Shown here: in pieces, positions 8,300 to 17,400 of the stretch
Numbering within the stretch: position 1 is the stretch's first letter
Layout: every line of letters starts with the position of its first letter
NCBI GenBank assembly: GCA_947245515.1
Contig: CAMXQV010000005.1
Coordinates: 1 to 60,989 of the forward strand
DNA: 60,989 nt
Direction of reading: 5' to 3'
Origin: an uncultured Clostridium sp.
GTDB lineage: Bacteria; Bacillota; Clostridia; TANB77; CAG-508
Made by a program: the position numbers and the translations under genes
The notes under the pieces: generated by a model
Database searches by the model: none
Told to the model about the DNA's origin: nothing
The model's input: only the letters and a program-made list of their open reading frames with translations

Positions 8300-10420
8300 C
8301 TATCTTGCGTTTCCTTTTAAATTACCTATTTCACCTGAACTTTTTGATAAATCTTCTATATTATTTACAACTTTAACATATTCCCAAGGTTTGCAACCAT
8401 CATACAATTTCATATCCATCTCATAACACTCAAATTTTTCTTCAAATTTTTTTTGTGTTAATTCTATAAAAGCTTGTGTATTTTTATCTGCAAAATAAAA
8501 CTTTTTTCCAAGGTCTGGTAAATCTATATATACATACAAAACAGGTCTTTTATCCTTATCACTTCTTTCATATACTCTATTTATCACGCACCTATTAAAT
8601 TTCAAATTTTTCTGATTTAGTAAAACTCCCTCCAAAATTCCTGTTGTTGAATTCTGGCATTTAGCAAAGTCAGGTAAATACTCTTCTAGTAATTTAAACT
8701 GCTTTTTTATAGAATCTTCTGCTGGCAAATTATAATCATCAATAGTCTTAGATTTTTCTACAAATTTTTTTATTGGGAAATTACCTTCTTTATCTGCAAT
8801 TCCAATACTTGAAAAAATCATTCCCACACTTTTTTCATCTAGATCTAATGTTGCACTAGCTCCTTTTTTATCATTTTTATGGCATTCTGTATCATTTCCT
8901 TTTCTGTTATCATGTTTCCTTATTTCATTATAACTTCTGCAAAAATTTTGTGGTCTACCCCCAAATTTATGTGCACTTAAATTCCAAGTTGGATCTAATA
9001 TAGTATCACCTTTTATTATTTTACCATTTGCAGCTATAATTTCAATATTTTTTACTTTTAAAAATTCATGTCTTCTACTTCGAACTATTTCTGTTTCAAT
9101 ACCAATCTTATTTAATATATATTTTTCGACTTGTACTATTCCATTACATACACCATAACCAGAATCTATTATTTTCCATAGTGGTCTCGCTTTATCATGA
9201 TCGAACACTTCTGTATTAAAATCAGGACTATAACTTATCTTTTTGCCAATAGCATTATCTATATATGCCAATTTTTGTATATCTGTCCAATTGGGATTAA
9301 TACCTTCAAGAACTGCTTCAATCCAATCTTCCGCATTTTTATATTCTTCAATCGTCGATGAACCTAATCCTAAATCATCATATATAGGAATTGATGGACA
9401 AATTTCAGCTAATTTAAATAGTTTCGGTTTGTCTTCCTTAGATATATTCATTCCATTAATATACAACAATTCATCTAAACCAATATATGATTCTAAATCT
9501 CCATTTAAATCAACTTTTAAACTAAACGGAATGAGTGAGCCTAAAACTCTTTCGTTTAGTTCTAGTTTAATAGCTTTAATATATTCTTCTGAAAACTCAG
9601 ATGTATCTATATCTTTTTTTATATTATTATCTAGTGTAGATAATATTTTCTTTTTATCATTAACACTTAAACTTATACTCTCAAACTTTGATATTAAATT
9701 TAATTGTTCTTCCTTTTGAAGTTTACTAGTAATCTGGTATGGAGCTATTCTTTTTTGTATTAAAAAATCCTTATTATTATTAAAGAAACTTATTAGTGAG
9801 TCAACATTTAATGATACTAGCACATACTGTATTGTCTCCTCACTTAATTTATATTTATTATTAATCAATATATTTATTTTACTTTGGTCAGGAAATGTCT
9901 TTAAAATATTTTCTATATAATACTCGTTAAATTTATAATATTCTATAAAATACTCTTTTATTTCTACATCTTCTATACTAGCTACAATACCACTAATTTC
10001 ACAACTTTCCATTCCTAACTTTTCTTCTAAATATTCTCTATTAAATAATATTTTTTGTTTATTTTTATCTTCTAAAGATTCTATTATTAGTTTTTTATAT
10101 TTATTCGATATATCATATCGCTCAAGAATATCCTCCTCTTGTAATATTTTCATTTTGTAAAAATCATCAAAAGATAAAATTATATTTAAAATTGCGAGTT
10201 TATCAAATGCTGACATAAACTCAAAATCTTCAAATAATCTTAATTTTATTTCATTATTAATAATACCTTTTATTATACTACTTTTTGCATTTAAGGGCAT
10301 TTCTCTATCCGTATTTAACAATTTTAATCTTTGTTGATCTTTTAAAGAATCTATACCTTTAAACTTTCTAAACTTCCCTATTAAACCTTCTAATAAAACT
10401 CTTAGATCTTTTGTATTCAT
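8300..10420 (-). CDS. Large hypothetical protein with a transglutaminase-like cysteine protease core
   Basis: 706-aa ORF. Putative Cys-His-Asp core: DSGYGVCNGIVQ, SRRHEFLKV, ILDPTWN. The N-terminal 400 aa is not recognised. Confidence 0.55.
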   Translation of the reverse strand: MNTKDLRVLLEGLIGKFRKFKGIDSLKDQQRLKLLNTDREMPLNAKSSIIKGIINNEIKLRLFEDFEFMSAFDKLAILNIILSFDDFYKMKILQEEDILERYDISNKYKKLIIESLEDKNKQKILFNREYLEEKLGMESCEISGIVASIEDVEIKEYFIEYYKFNEYYIENILKTFPDQSKINILINNKYKLSEETIQYVLVSLNVDSLISFFNNNKDFLIQKRIAPYQITSKLQKEEQLNLISKFESISLSVNDKKKILSTLDNNIKKDIDTSEFSEEYIKAIKLELNERVLGSLIPFSLKVDLNGDLESYIGLDELLYINGMNISKEDKPKLFKLAEICPSIPIYDDLGLGSSTIEEYKNAEDWIEAVLEGINPNWTDIQKLAYIDNAIGKKISYSPDFNTEVFDHDKARPLWKIIDSGYGVCNGIVQVEKYILNKIGIETEIVRSRRHEFLKVKNIEIIAANGKIIKGDTILDPTWNLSAHKFGGRPQNFCRSYNEIRKHDNRKGNDTECHKNDKKGASATLDLDEKSVGMIFSSIGIADKEGNFPIKKFVEKSKTIDDYNLPAEDSIKKQFKLLEEYLPDFAKCQNSTTGILEGVLLNQKNLKFNRCVINRVYERSDKDKRPVLYVYIDLPDLGKKFYFADKNTQAFIELTQKKFEEKFECYEMDMKLYDGCKPWEYVKVVNNIEDLSKSSGEIGNLKGNAR

Positions 10421-10514
10421 CTTTTCTCCTCTTTTTTATTTTTTATACTAAAATAATTATACATTATTTAATAAACAACTGCAATATTCAAGAAAGTTTA
10501 TTAAAAAAAACATA

Positions 10515-10608
10515 AATTGAGTTTTTGACTGTAAGGAGAAAATCTCAAAGGGCTAGCAATTATAGCTTTTTTATACAATAGGAAAATATGACTTTCCTAT
10601 TGTATAAA
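10515..10608 (+). repeat. Intergenic repeat family A, copy 2
   Basis: AATTGAGTTTTTGACTGTAAGGAGAAAATCTCAAAGGGCTAGCAATTATAGCTTTTTTATACAATAGGAAAATATGACTTTCCTATTGTATAAAAA aligns with copy 1. Confidence 0.85.
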
Positions 10609-10646
10609 AAAATACGAATTCATTATTAAAATTCGTATTTTTTATT
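10605..10646. terminator. Bidirectional intrinsic terminator
   Basis: Stem AATACGAATT (10611-10620) / AATTCGTATT (10630-10639). An A-run lies upstream and a T-run downstream, so a T-tract follows the stem on both strands. Confidence 0.6.
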
Positions 10647-10647
10647 C

Positions 10648-10722
10648 TTAATCTTTAATTCCGAATATTAATTTAACAAATCCTCTTAAGAATTTAGGAA
10701 CTTTTCTTACTACTACTGTCAT
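10648..10722 (-). CDS. Small ORF, 24 aa, cationic amphipathic peptide
   Basis: MTVVVRKVPKFLRGFVKLIFGIKD. Strong SD AAGGAGGG upstream of the ATG. Followed by the terminator. Below the ORF-track cutoff. Confidence 0.3.
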   Translation of the reverse strand: MTVVVRKVPKFLRGFVKLIFGIKD

Positions 10723-10740
10723 ATGTATCCCTCCTTTTCG

Positions 10741-10890
10741 TTAACATGCAAGCCACATAAATCCTACACAAACTACTGTTATACCGATTAAAAATAACCA
10801 TCCAGTTATGGGAAGTAATAAAACTAATAATATTCCTAATCCTAACCCAATTAAACATACTGCTAAGGTCTTTTTTAATAGATGTATCAT
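10741..10890 (-). CDS. Small membrane protein, 49 aa, two predicted TM helices
   Basis: MIHLLKKTLAVCLIGLGLGILLVLLLPITGWLFLIGITVVCVGFMWLAC. SD GGGAGG lies 7 nt upstream of the ATG. Confidence 0.4.
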   Translation of the reverse strand: MIHLLKKTLAVCLIGLGLGILLVLLLPITGWLFLIGITVVCVGFMWLAC

Positions 10891-11091
10891 TTTTCTACCT
10901 CCCATTCTTTTTTGTATATTATATTATTTTTTTATTTTATTTGTTCCTCTTTATGTTAAATTTTATATTTAAATTTTAAGCAATTGCTTTAATTTTCAAG
11001 TATCTACTTACAAAAAAATCGAAACTTGAATTTAATTAACTTGACTAAATTAATTTATTTTATATAATATATATAATAGGATGTGATTTAA

Positions 11092-11724
11092 ATGAATAAA
11101 ACAAAGGCTATAGAGTTAGTAAAATTATTAAAACAAACTTATCCAGAAGCAACTTGTAGTTTAGATTTTGAAACACCCTTTCAGTTAGTAATAGCAGTAA
11201 TGTTATCAGCACAATGTACAGATGAAAGAGTAAATAAAACAACACCAACCCTTTTTAAAAGATGTAACACAATACAGGACTTTGCAGAAATAGATATTAA
11301 AGAACTAGAAGAAATAATACATCCATGTGGATTTTACAAAAATAAAGCAAAAAATATAAAACTATGTGCACAACAAGTATTAGAAAAATTTCATGGCACT
11401 GTTCCACAAACAATGGAAGAATTAACTACTCTTGCAGGAATAGGCAGAAAAAGTGCAAATGTTATAATGCTAGAAGTATTTGGTAATCCCCAAGGAATTG
11501 CTGTAGATACTCACGCTAAAAGAATTTCAAACTTAATTGGACTTTCCTCTAAAAAAGAACCTGAAAAAATTGAACAAGATTTACTTAAAATTTTTCCTAA
11601 GGAATACTTAAAAGATATTAATCATTTATTTGTATGGCATGGCAGAAATACTTGTGTAGCAAGAAAACCTAAATGTGACTCTTGTTCTATAAAACACCTT
11701 TGCTCATATTACTCTAAAAAATAA
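11092..11724 (+). CDS. nth: Endonuclease III
   Basis: 210-aa ORF. HhH motif LAGIGRKSANVI, catalytic region VDTHAKR and a C-terminal 4Fe-4S cluster CVARKPKCDSCSIKHLC. Confidence 0.9.
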   Translation: MNKTKAIELVKLLKQTYPEATCSLDFETPFQLVIAVMLSAQCTDERVNKTTPTLFKRCNTIQDFAEIDIKELEEIIHPCGFYKNKAKNIKLCAQQVLEKFHGTVPQTMEELTTLAGIGRKSANVIMLEVFGNPQGIAVDTHAKRISNLIGLSSKKEPEKIEQDLLKIFPKEYLKDINHLFVWHGRNTCVARKPKCDSCSIKHLCSYYSKK

Positions 11725-11736
11725 ATATTTTTATTT

Positions 11737-11769
11737 ATGACAATTTATTTCAAAAATTGTCATTTTTAT
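11737..11769 (+). terminator. Intrinsic terminator after nth
   Basis: ATGACAATTT / AAATTGTCAT stem followed by TTTTATT. Confidence 0.6.
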
Positions 11770-11821
11770 TGTATAATTGTTAATTAATAGAGCATATTAT
11801 TATTAAAAAGAGGTGATTTTT

Positions 11822-11947
11822 TTGACAAATATAAATTGTTCTTTAAATTGTATTCATCAAAAAGATGGAAAATGTTCCTATACTTCTGTAAATCCTACTA
11901 GTGTGTCCTCTACTGAATGTGCATATTTTAAAGAAAATAAATCTTAA
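11822..11947 (+). CDS. Small Cys-rich ORF (41 aa, TTG start), possibly DUF1540-like
   Basis: SD AAGAGGTGA 5 nt upstream of the TTG. Peptide (M)TNINCSLNCIHQKDGKCSYTSVNPTSVSSTECAYFKENKS has four Cys. The family assignment is from memory only. Confidence 0.3.
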   Translation: MTNINCSLNCIHQKDGKCSYTSVNPTSVSSTECAYFKENKS

Positions 11948-12071
11948 AGTAAAATATTATTTATATTTTAAGCAATTTCCTAATTAATAAATAAATTTTT
12001 CCAAATAAATTGACAAATTTATCCTAAAGATATATATTTTGTTATATAAATATTTTTAGGGAGGTTTTAAA

Positions 12072-13350
12072 ATGTTAAAAAACAAATTTAAAGTCATTGC
12101 ACTTTTATCAGTAATTATTATATCATTTTTAGTTCCAATTTCAAAAGCTGAAAATGAAACACAACCGATTAATGAAGATCCAGAAGCAAATTATCAAAAT
12201 CAGCAACAAAACTCAACAAATACTCGGAACTACTACACCAGAAGCAAATACAACAGAATCAAATACTACTAATGAGGAAAATACAGACAATAATACTCCT
12301 TCTACTATTGATGAAGATAATAATTTCAAAAAAAGTGATGTTTATTTATATGGAAAAGACATAACAGTTGATTATATAGTAGATGGAAATTTATTTATAT
12401 GTGCAGAAACCGTTACAATTAAATCTCAAATAGGTGGAGATGCTTTTATAATAGCTAAATCCATAACAATTGAAGATCAAGCTTCTATTTATAGTAACCT
12501 ATTTGCAATATCTCAAGATTTAATGGTTAAAGGTGTTGCTTATGACGTATATGGTTTTGCAAAAACATCAAATATCTCTGGTTACATTTATAGGGACTTA
12601 AAACTAAATTGTTCTGATTTAACGCTCACAGGAAATATTGCAAGAAATGCTTATATAAATTGTTCTTCAATGAATTTTACAAATCCTGATGCAAATAGTT
12701 TAGAAGAGGATACTGAAGAAAATGATGATGAAGTTACATCAACTGGAAAAATAAATGGAAACTTATATTATAGTTCTTCTAAAGAAATAACTATTCCAGA
12801 AGGAGTAGTTGTAGGTGAGACAAATTACACAGAAATACCTGAAATTAACACTAAAGCTTTTTCAATTTATAACCTTTTTATTACAATTTTAACTACTGTA
12901 GTTACAACAATTACTATATGGTTATTATGTAGCTTCTTAGCACCTAAATTTATAAATCAAGCCAAAGAATTAGTAACTCAAAAAATATTACCAGTTTTAG
13001 GCTTTGGTATATTAACACCTATTGCATTAATTATAGCATCAATAATTTTAATATTGTTAAATATTACATCTTTTGTTGGAATAATTGCTATACTTTTATT
13101 AATTATATTATGTGCTATAAGTACATCAATATCAATAATTACTATTAGCCAAATTGTTTGTGATAAATTGAACTTTGAAACAAAACTTAAACAACTTGGA
13201 ATTATTGTTGCAGTTTCTATAATTTTATCAATAGTTAAGTTAATTCCTTTTATCGGTTCTGTAATAGGTTTCTTAGCTTATATACTAGGTTTAGGTTTAA
13301 TTACTTATAAAGTTATATTTAGAGAACAAAGCAAACTTTCTGATAAATAA
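12072..13350 (+). CDS. Secreted/membrane beta-helix (bactofilin-like repeat) protein; frame broken at in-frame CGG (12225-12227), needs a +1 shift
   Basis: SD GGGAGG plus ATG 12072. Signal peptide MLKNKFKVIALLSVIIISFLVPISKA. At AAT ACT CGG A the +1 frame continues as G TTTPEANTTESNTT into the 398-aa ORF. That ORF has repetitive V/I-x-G beta-helix-like segments and four C-terminal TM helices. Length is 1279 nt = 3n+1. Confidence 0.6.
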
Positions 13351-13363
13351 TCTTAAAGAACAT

Positions 13364-13417
13364 AACTAAGATTTTGTATGCAGTACAAACTACTTCAAAA
13401 TCTTAGTTACTTTTTTT
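13364..13417 (+). terminator. Intrinsic terminator
   Basis: AACTAAGATTTT / AAAATCTTAGTT 12-bp stem followed by ACTTTTTTTAT. Confidence 0.55.
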
Positions 13418-13451
13418 ATAAACCCTTTTTCTATAAACTTTAATAAACCTT

Positions 13452-15488
13452 TTAATTATGTTCCCAAATCATTTGTACTTTAAATAAATCTCCATCAATT
13501 ATTATATCTAATTTTCCTTTTTGTAAAGATGTTAAGCTTTGTGCAATTGATAAACCTAATCCACTTCCTTCTGTATATCTAGATTTATCTCCTCTAACAA
13601 ATCTTTGCATAAGTTCATCACTACTAATATTTAATTTATCTTTTGAAATGTTTTTAAAACTAATTCTTATCTCATTTCTATCTTGTTCTATATCAATATA
13701 AACTCTGGATTTCTCAACTGCGTATTTTGTTATATTACTAAATAAATTCTCTATAACTCTATACATATACCTACTATCTGCATCTATAATTACATCTTCT
13801 TTTGGAACTTTCATTTCTATAGACAATTCTTTTTGTTCAAATTTATCTTTAAACTCACCAACTGTCTGATTAATCAATTCTTTTATATTAATTTTTTCTA
13901 TATTTAATTTTACATTTCCTGATGAAACTTTTGAAGCTTCTACTAAATCTTCTATTAACTTTTTAAGTCTTTGTGACTTTTTATCTAAAATATCTATATA
14001 TTCTTTTATTTGTATATCTTCTATTTGTTCTTTTTTTAATAAATCTACATAGTTGATTATTGATGTTAAAGGTGTTTTTATATCATGTGATACATTAGTT
14101 ATTAATTCTGTTTTTAATCTTTCTGACTTTAGACTTTGTTCAATTGCATTAGAAAATCCTCCTGCTATATCATTAACATATATTGTCATGTGTTTTAAGG
14201 TACCTTTCATCTCACTATCATCTAAATGAATATCTGTTTTACCTTCATATATATTTTGCAAAGCTTTTTCTATCCTTTGCTCTTTATTTTGATATTCTCT
14301 TATTTTATAGTATGTCCAAATCCAAAAGGCTATTAATAATAATAATCCAATTCCTGTTGCATATGTGGTTACTAATATTGTACTTATAAATACAAATCCC
14401 CAATATATCCAAAATACTCTCCTTTTACCTATTGCTTTATTAGAAATAACCTCCTTATATTTTTTTATTTTATCTATTAACCTTTTTGAAATTTTATATA
14501 TAATAAAACTTTTTATAAAGGTTCTAGCTTTAATTCTTTTAATTGTTGTTACTCCTAATATAGCACAAAATGCATAACCTATAAAATAGCTAATTAAAAT
14601 CATTATAAACTTTATATAATCATACCACGAATAAGCAGTTTCTACAGTACTAAAACAGCTTGATATTCCAATAATACAAATAATAAATATAATTTCATAT
14701 GGAAGATTATCTATTCTATTTAAATTTATTTCTTCTATTCCCTTTTTATAACCAATAGACCATATTAAAAATATTCCTATAGTAATCAGTAATATAAAAC
14801 TAATAACTATGACATATATTGGAATGGTTTTATATTTCATCATGAATTGACATATTTGTTTATTTATTCCTAAAGAAGCAAATTGATCAATTTCACTTTC
14901 GTTACAATATGTATAAATTTTGTAATCATCTAAAGCGAAATCTTTATTGTAATCATCTTCTTCAATAAAATTTAGATAACTATATTGTGTATTATATTTT
15001 ATATTTTTATGATTCAACTTTTCAATATTTGTATCAATTTTTTTATCTTCAAATATCCAATATAAATTTTGATTTTTTATATTTTTTATATCTTTATCGT
15101 AATTTTGACTTTTTATATTAGTATACCTAGTTCCTGATTTTTTATTAATTATAATAAAGTCTATATAGGTTGACATTCCATTATAATACTTTTTATTTTT
15201 ATTAGTATAATAATACCATTCTCCATTATCATCATCTATTTTATAAAAACTGGTAATATTCAAATTTCCATTTTTTACTCTTTCACATTGCAATATTTCG
15301 TCCTTAATTTCCTGAAAATAACTATTAGCAAATTGTTCTGTTTCAATATAATTTCCTTCATTTCCTACTTCACTAAATTCCCTTAAAAAATATAAATGAA
15401 ATATGCTAATTCCTATTAATGCAACTATAATAGGAATTAAAATATAGCAAGTTATTTTTAATAAACTAGATTTTCTTATTTTCTCCAT
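13452..15488 (-). CDS. Sensor histidine kinase with a large N-terminal sensing region
   Basis: Start trimmed to MEKIRKSS (ATG 15488, SD GGAGGTGA). H-box VSHDIKTPLTSI and ATPase boxes NLFSNITKY and GSGLGLSIAQSL. Multiple TM helices. Confidence 0.85.
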   Translation of the reverse strand: MEKIRKSSLLKITCYILIPIIVALIGISIFHLYFLREFSEVGNEGNYIETEQFANSYFQEIKDEILQCERVKNGNLNITSFYKIDDDNGEWYYYTNKNKKYYNGMSTYIDFIIINKKSGTRYTNIKSQNYDKDIKNIKNQNLYWIFEDKKIDTNIEKLNHKNIKYNTQYSYLNFIEEDDYNKDFALDDYKIYTYCNESEIDQFASLGINKQICQFMMKYKTIPIYVIVISFILLITIGIFLIWSIGYKKGIEEINLNRIDNLPYEIIFIICIIGISSCFSTVETAYSWYDYIKFIMILISYFIGYAFCAILGVTTIKRIKARTFIKSFIIYKISKRLIDKIKKYKEVISNKAIGKRRVFWIYWGFVFISTILVTTYATGIGLLLLIAFWIWTYYKIREYQNKEQRIEKALQNIYEGKTDIHLDDSEMKGTLKHMTIYVNDIAGGFSNAIEQSLKSERLKTELITNVSHDIKTPLTSIINYVDLLKKEQIEDIQIKEYIDILDKKSQRLKKLIEDLVEASKVSSGNVKLNIEKINIKELINQTVGEFKDKFEQKELSIEMKVPKEDVIIDADSRYMYRVIENLFSNITKYAVEKSRVYIDIEQDRNEIRISFKNISKDKLNISSDELMQRFVRGDKSRYTEGSGLGLSIAQSLTSLQKGKLDIIIDGDLFKVQMIWEHN

Positions 15489-15499
15489 TTCTTCACCTC

Positions 15500-16198
15500 C
15501 TATTTTATATCTTCTATTTTGTAACCTATTCCCCATATTACTTTTAAGTATTTGGGCTCTTTGGGATTTATTTCGATTTTTTCTCTTATATGTCTTATAT
15601 GTACAGCAATAATATTTTCTGCTCCAAAACCTTCTTCTTTCCATACATTTTCATAAATTTGTGGGATTGAAAAAACTTTTCCTTTATTTTGTAATAAGAA
15701 TTTTAAAATATTATATTCTGTAGCAGTTAATTTAACTTCTTTTTCGTCAACAGATACTTTCTTGGTATCATCTTCTATTATTAAATTCCCTGTTCTATAT
15801 ATGTTGTCTGTTTCCTTTTTTTCTAAAGAACCAAGTTTTACATATCTTCTTAAATTTGAATTTACTCTTGCTATTAGTTCTAATGGATTAAAGGGCTTTG
15901 TAATATAATCATCTGCTCCTAAATTTAATCCATCTATTTTGTCATAGTCTTCTGATTTTGCAGACAATAATATTACTGGTATACTTCTTTCTTTTCTTAT
16001 TTCTTCTAGTGTTTCTAGTCCATCTTTTTCTGGCATCATAATGTCTAAAATTATTAAATGAATTTCGTTTTGTTTTATTTCTTTTATTGCTTCGTTTCCA
16101 TTATATGCTTTTATTATTTTGTAATTTTCTTTTTTTAGATATATTCCTATTGCATTTACTATTTCTCTGTCATCATCAACAACTAATATGTTATACAT
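15500..16198 (-). CDS. Response regulator, OmpR/PhoB family
   Basis: 232-aa ORF. Motifs VVDDD, LIILDIMMP, KPF, and a winged helix LTATEYNILKFL ... WGIGYKI. Confidence 0.9.
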   Translation of the reverse strand: MYNILVVDDDREIVNAIGIYLKKENYKIIKAYNGNEAIKEIKQNEIHLIILDIMMPEKDGLETLEEIRKERSIPVILLSAKSEDYDKIDGLNLGADDYITKPFNPLELIARVNSNLRRYVKLGSLEKKETDNIYRTGNLIIEDDTKKVSVDEKEVKLTATEYNILKFLLQNKGKVFSIPQIYENVWKEEGFGAENIIAVHIRHIREKIEINPKEPKYLKVIWGIGYKIEDIK

Positions 16199-16289
16199 TT
16201 TTATCTCCCCTTTATGTGCTTAGTATAACATATTATTTCTAAATAAAAAATAGAGAAAATATTAATTTTATCTTAAAATACAACTATCG

Positions 16290-16549
16290 CTACTTGAAAT
16301 GCAAAGCTTTTTTTATAATTATTTTTAATTTTATTAATTATTATAAATAGCGCGAGAAGGTTTCTAATTATTTATTTTTGAACGACTCCGGGGTAACCAT
16401 TCAAAAATTCTTAGAAAAATTTGATAAACTTTTCTATAGAATTTTTAGGATAGGGCAGTGAAAATAATAAATAATTAGAAACCTTTAGGAGCGAGTAGTT
16501 AATCTAATTATAAAAAATAATTATAAAAAAAGCCTTGCATTTCAAGTAG
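16290..16549. repeat. Long palindromic repeat family B, copy 1
   Basis: Outer arms CTACTTGAAATGCAAAGCTTTTTTTATAATTATTTTT and its reverse complement. The conserved core (ATAGCGCGAGAAGG .. GACTCCGGGGTAACC .. TTCTTAGAAAA .. TTTTCTATAGAA .. GGAGCGAGTAG) is shared with 29251-29497. Confidence 0.85.
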
Positions 16550-16554
16550 GAACT

Positions 16555-17052
16555 TTAATAATTCCTCACTCCTTGTAAATGGACAAATCTAATATTTTCA
16601 AAATCATATTCTGAAATTGACTTATTAAAACTATCAAAAGTATGAGAAGCAATTTTAATACCTGACAAAGTAAAAGGATTTTCCACATTTACAATAATTA
16701 AAGAATGTGTAAAAGTAAATCCATCAAAAGATAATTGAGCAATATCTCCCACTTCAATATTAGACTGTTTAACATCAATTCCATAAGGTCCAACTGAGCC
16801 ATTATTCGTTAAAAAATTATATAAAAATTCCACACCACTCCAAGATGGAGATTTATTATTTCCATTAATATAAAACCAGCCATTTACTTTATTATAATTC
16901 ATTGTTTGACATCCTGCATATATAGCTTGTGATACAAAACTTGTACAATCACCTCCAACTTTATCAAAATTATAATATTTTGGATTTCTATCAAATGCCC
17001 ACTTCTCAGCATAATCTACTGCTTTATTTCTATTATAATAAAATTCTTTCAT
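16555..17052 (-). CDS. Putative amidase-domain protein (NlpC/P60-like Cys hydrolase fold)
   Basis: 165-aa ORF. N-terminus YNRNKAVDYAEKWAFDRNPKYYNFDKVGGDCTSFVSQAIYAG is typical of the putative amidase domain family. Confidence 0.65.
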   Translation of the reverse strand: MKEFYYNRNKAVDYAEKWAFDRNPKYYNFDKVGGDCTSFVSQAIYAGCQTMNYNKVNGWFYINGNNKSPSWSGVEFLYNFLTNNGSVGPYGIDVKQSNIEVGDIAQLSFDGFTFTHSLIIVNVENPFTLSGIKIASHTFDSFNKSISEYDFENIRFVHLQGVRNY

Positions 17053-17065
17053 TTTTCACCTCTCA

Positions 17066-17356
17066 AATTGCCATTAGGGACGGAGATTTTTGGCAATTAT
17101 TTTTATTATTACTATTATTATTTTCTTACTCAGAAAATAATTCTAATTATTTATTATTTTAATTATTCCATTCTAAAAACTTTTTGCCATCAGGAACCAA
17201 GATTTTTAGCAATTTTTTTATATTATATTTTAAATGTTGCAGAAGATTTTTCTAATTTTCTATCTTTAAACAACGTTATATTACATTATTATTAATTTAA
17301 AAATAATAGCAGTCTTAGATGGCAGAATTGCCAAAATTCTCCGTCCCCAATGGCAA
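17066..17356. repeat. Paired-hairpin repeat family C, copy 1
   Basis: Hairpin AATTGCCATTAGGGACGGAGATTTTTGGCAATT (17066-17098) and partner AATTGCCAAAATTCTCCGTCCCCAATGGCAA (17326-17356). A degenerate third hairpin TTGCCATCAGGAACCAAGATTTTTAGCAA lies between them. Confidence 0.8.
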
Positions 17357-17400
17357 AAAAAATATGCCAAAACTTTTATTATTTTGACATATCTTTTTTA

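Noticed and set aside
12154-12230. ATG 12154 as an independent start for the 398-aa ORF, and ATG 21012 as an independent start for the C-terminal half of ffh.
   Set aside because: Neither has an SD. The resulting N-termini are non-native: one lacks a signal peptide and the other begins mid-domain. The upstream ORFs supply exactly the missing parts.
15489-15644. N-terminal extensions suggested by the longest-ORF calls: the kinase 13452-15644, ftsK to 47315, mutL to 54484, gap to 39191, sepF to 49823, and the pilin-like gene to 36489.
   Set aside because: In each case an internal ATG is preceded by a strong SD and gives the canonical N-terminus. The extensions overlap the upstream gene or a repeat element and encode implausible basic or hydrophobic leaders.
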